From Phaeobacter sp. (GTDB taxonomy: Bacteria; Pseudomonadota; Alphaproteobacteria; Rhodobacterales; Rhodobacteraceae), in contig NZ_JAJDWC010000066.1 in NCBI RefSeq assembly GCF_022825805.1, positions 4,077 to 68,076 of the forward strand: a stretch of DNA of 64,000 nt. Direction: 5' to 3'. Position 1 is the first letter of the stretch, and each line of letters starts with the position of its first letter. A program made the position numbers and the translations under genes. The notes under the pieces are model-generated. The model worked only from the letters and a program-made list of their open reading frames with translations, was not told where the DNA came from and did not search any database. Positions 62,570 to 64,000 of the stretch are shown here, piece by piece.

Positions 62570-64000
62570 ATGAGCGACACAAACACCCCCACCGCCCAGG
62601 ATGAACGCCAATCCGGTTTGCGGACGTTGCGCAAGGTTGGCCCTTACCTCTGGCCCGAGGGTCAGCTGGGCGTGAAAACCCGCGTGGTTCTGGCCCTTGC
62701 GGTGCTGGTCCTGGCGAAGCTGGTCGCGGTCTATACCCCTGTGCTTTACAAAGGCGCGGTTGATGGCCTCTCTGCGGAGGGTGTGCCGCCATTGGCGCTA
62801 GGGGCTGTCGGGCTGACTGTGGCCTATGGTATGGCGCGGATCCTGACCACAGGGTTCCAGCAGCTGCGTGATGCGCTGTTTGCGCCCGTGGGGCAGCGGG
62901 CCCTGCGGATGTTGGCGCTGGAGACATTCCGCCACATACATCGCCTGTCGATGCGGTTTCACATCACCCGCAAGACCGGCGGGCTGAGCCGGATCATCGA
63001 ACGCGGTGTCAAGGGTGTGGAGTTCCTGCTGCGGTTCCTGTTGTTTTCCATTGGTCCCCTGATCCTGGAACTGGTGCTTGTGGCCGTCGTGCTCGCCGTG
63101 CTGTTTGACATCTGGTATCTGGTCGTGGTGGCCGGGACCGTTGCGGTCTACATCTGGTTCACCTTTGCGGTGACGGAATGGCGGGTGAAGCTGCGGCGTG
63201 AGATGAACACGCAAGACACCGATGCCAATCAAAAGGCCATCGACAGTTTGCTCAACTATGAAACGGTCAAGTATTTCGGCGCTGAGCGCTGGGAGGCAGA
63301 GCGCTATGACGTGGCGATGCGCGGTTATGCGAAGGCTGCGTTGAAGACGGCCTATTCCCTTGCGTTTTTGAACTTCGGTCAGAGCTTGCTGATCACCGCG
63401 GGGCTGGTGGCGGTGATGGTGATGGCAGCAATTGGCGTGCAGAACGGAGAGCTGACCGTCGGCGATTTTGTCATGGTCAACGCCTATATGATCCAGATCA
63501 CCGTGCCGCTGAATTTCCTGGGCACGGTGTACCGCGAGATCCGTCAGAGCCTTGTGGATATGGGCGAAATGTTTGATCTGATCGAACAGGATCCCGATGT
63601 GACTGACCGGGCCGGGGCAGTGCCTTTGCAGGTGCAGGGCGGCACGATCGCCCTGAACGAGGTGCATTTCGGATATGACGAGAACCGTGAAATCCTGAAA
63701 GGTGTCAGCCTCACGGCGCAGGCCGGGCAGACGGTGGCCATTGTGGGATCGACCGGATCGGGCAAATCCACCATCGGTCGGCTGTTGTTTCGGTTTTATG
63801 ATGTGACCAGCGGGGCCCTCACAATTGACGGGCAGGACGTGCGGGATGTGACACAGGAGAGCCTGCATCGCGCCATCGGTGTGGTGCCGCAGGATACCGT
63901 GCTGTTCAACGACACCATCCGCTACAACATCGCGTATGGCAGGGCAGGGGCCTCCGATGCGGAGGTTGAACAGGCCGCCCGCGATGCGCAGATCCATGAG
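62570..64000 (+). CDS. ABC transporter permease/ATPase, Atm1/heavy-metal-exporter-like (3' end cut by window edge)
   Basis: Own translation from the ATG at 62570 gives MSDTNTPTAQDERQSGLRTLRKVGPYLWPEG...RFHITRKTGGLSRIIERGVKGVEF. Walker A GSTGSGKSTIGRL lies near 63750. It is open to the end of the window, so it is absent from the ORF track. Confidence 0.85.
   Translation, partial: MSDTNTPTAQDERQSGLRTLRKVGPYLWPEGQLGVKTRVVLALAVLVLAKLVAVYTPVLYKGAVDGLSAEGVPPLALGAVGLTVAYGMARILTTGFQQLRDALFAPVGQRALRMLALETFRHIHRLSMRFHITRKTGGLSRIIERGVKGVEFLLRFLLFSIGPLILELVLVAVVLAVLFDIWYLVVVAGTVAVYIWFTFAVTEWRVKLRREMNTQDTDANQKAIDSLLNYETVKYFGAERWEAERYDVAMRGYAKAALKTAYSLAFLNFGQSLLITAGLVAVMVMAAIGVQNGELTVGDFVMVNAYMIQITVPLNFLGTVYREIRQSLVDMGEMFDLIEQDPDVTDRAGAVPLQVQGGTIALNEVHFGYDENREILKGVSLTAQAGQTVAIVGSTGSGKSTIGRLLFRFYDVTSGALTIDGQDVRDVTQESLHRAIGVVPQDTVLFNDTIRYNIAYGRAGASDAEVEQAARDAQIHE

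Noticed and set aside
62798-63997. 399-aa minus-strand ORF
   Set aside because: It lies antisense to the Atm1-like ABC exporter. That gene reads cleanly from the ATG at 62570, including its Walker A motif.
1-64000. Mobile elements, a genomic island, or tRNA/rRNA genes
   Set aside because: I saw no transposase, integrase or phage-like ORFs, no long inverted or direct terminal repeats, and no T-loop-like GGTTCGAATCC-type tRNA signatures by eye. The AT-rich patches are confined to promoter regions.

Overview
GC-rich, gene-dense chromosomal segment. From protein families and synteny it looks alphaproteobacterial (Rhodobacterales/roseobacter-like); this is inference, as no database search was possible. 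I support about 60 CDS, 2 cobalamin riboswitches, several intrinsic terminators and a few short tandem repeats. I found no rRNA, tRNA, CRISPR array, transposase, integrase or phage genes. Most long ORFs in the track that lie antisense to these genes are GC-driven shadow ORFs. Layout, left to right: (1) 1-9654, envelope/LPS biogenesis block: rsmA-pdxA-surA-lptD-lptG-lptF on the minus strand, divergent from pepA-holC. (2) 9750-16436, housekeeping and miscellaneous genes: retropepsin-like protease, MarC, ABC-F ATPase, MFS pump, ndk, TfoX-C, and a degenerate nucleotidyltransferase-like gene. (3) 16573-25424, a signalling island: NarL/LuxR-type response regulator, periplasmic molybdopterin-oxidoreductase-fold protein, PAS hybrid kinase with HPt, FAD oxidoreductase, six-TM hybrid kinase without HPt, and an orphan LuxI-type AHL synthase. 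(4) 25494-34785, two back-to-back cobalamin-riboswitch-controlled uptake operons: btuB-btuFCD-cbiZ, and a DUF1636-led FecBCD-type ABC system. (5) 35005-39847, a TRAP transporter with a DUF1445 hydro-lyase and a LysR regulator. (6) 40051-45997, a LysR-controlled hydrolase / NTF2-like / quinone-reductase island containing one NTF2-like gene with an in-frame TGA. (7) 46293-51563: dusA, TauE, a hypothetical protein, DUF1289, ruvX, ccmI. (8) 51885-57140, sarcosine oxidase soxBDAG. (9) 57324-64000: two paralogous secreted hypotheticals, sodB, a LOG-family gene, an acidic LysM protein, and an Atm1-like ABC exporter cut by the window edge. The most interesting candidate is the LuxI synthase paired with a polytopic hybrid kinase instead of a LuxR receptor, set inside what looks like a multi-input phosphorelay. 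This is a hypothesis, not a demonstrated system.
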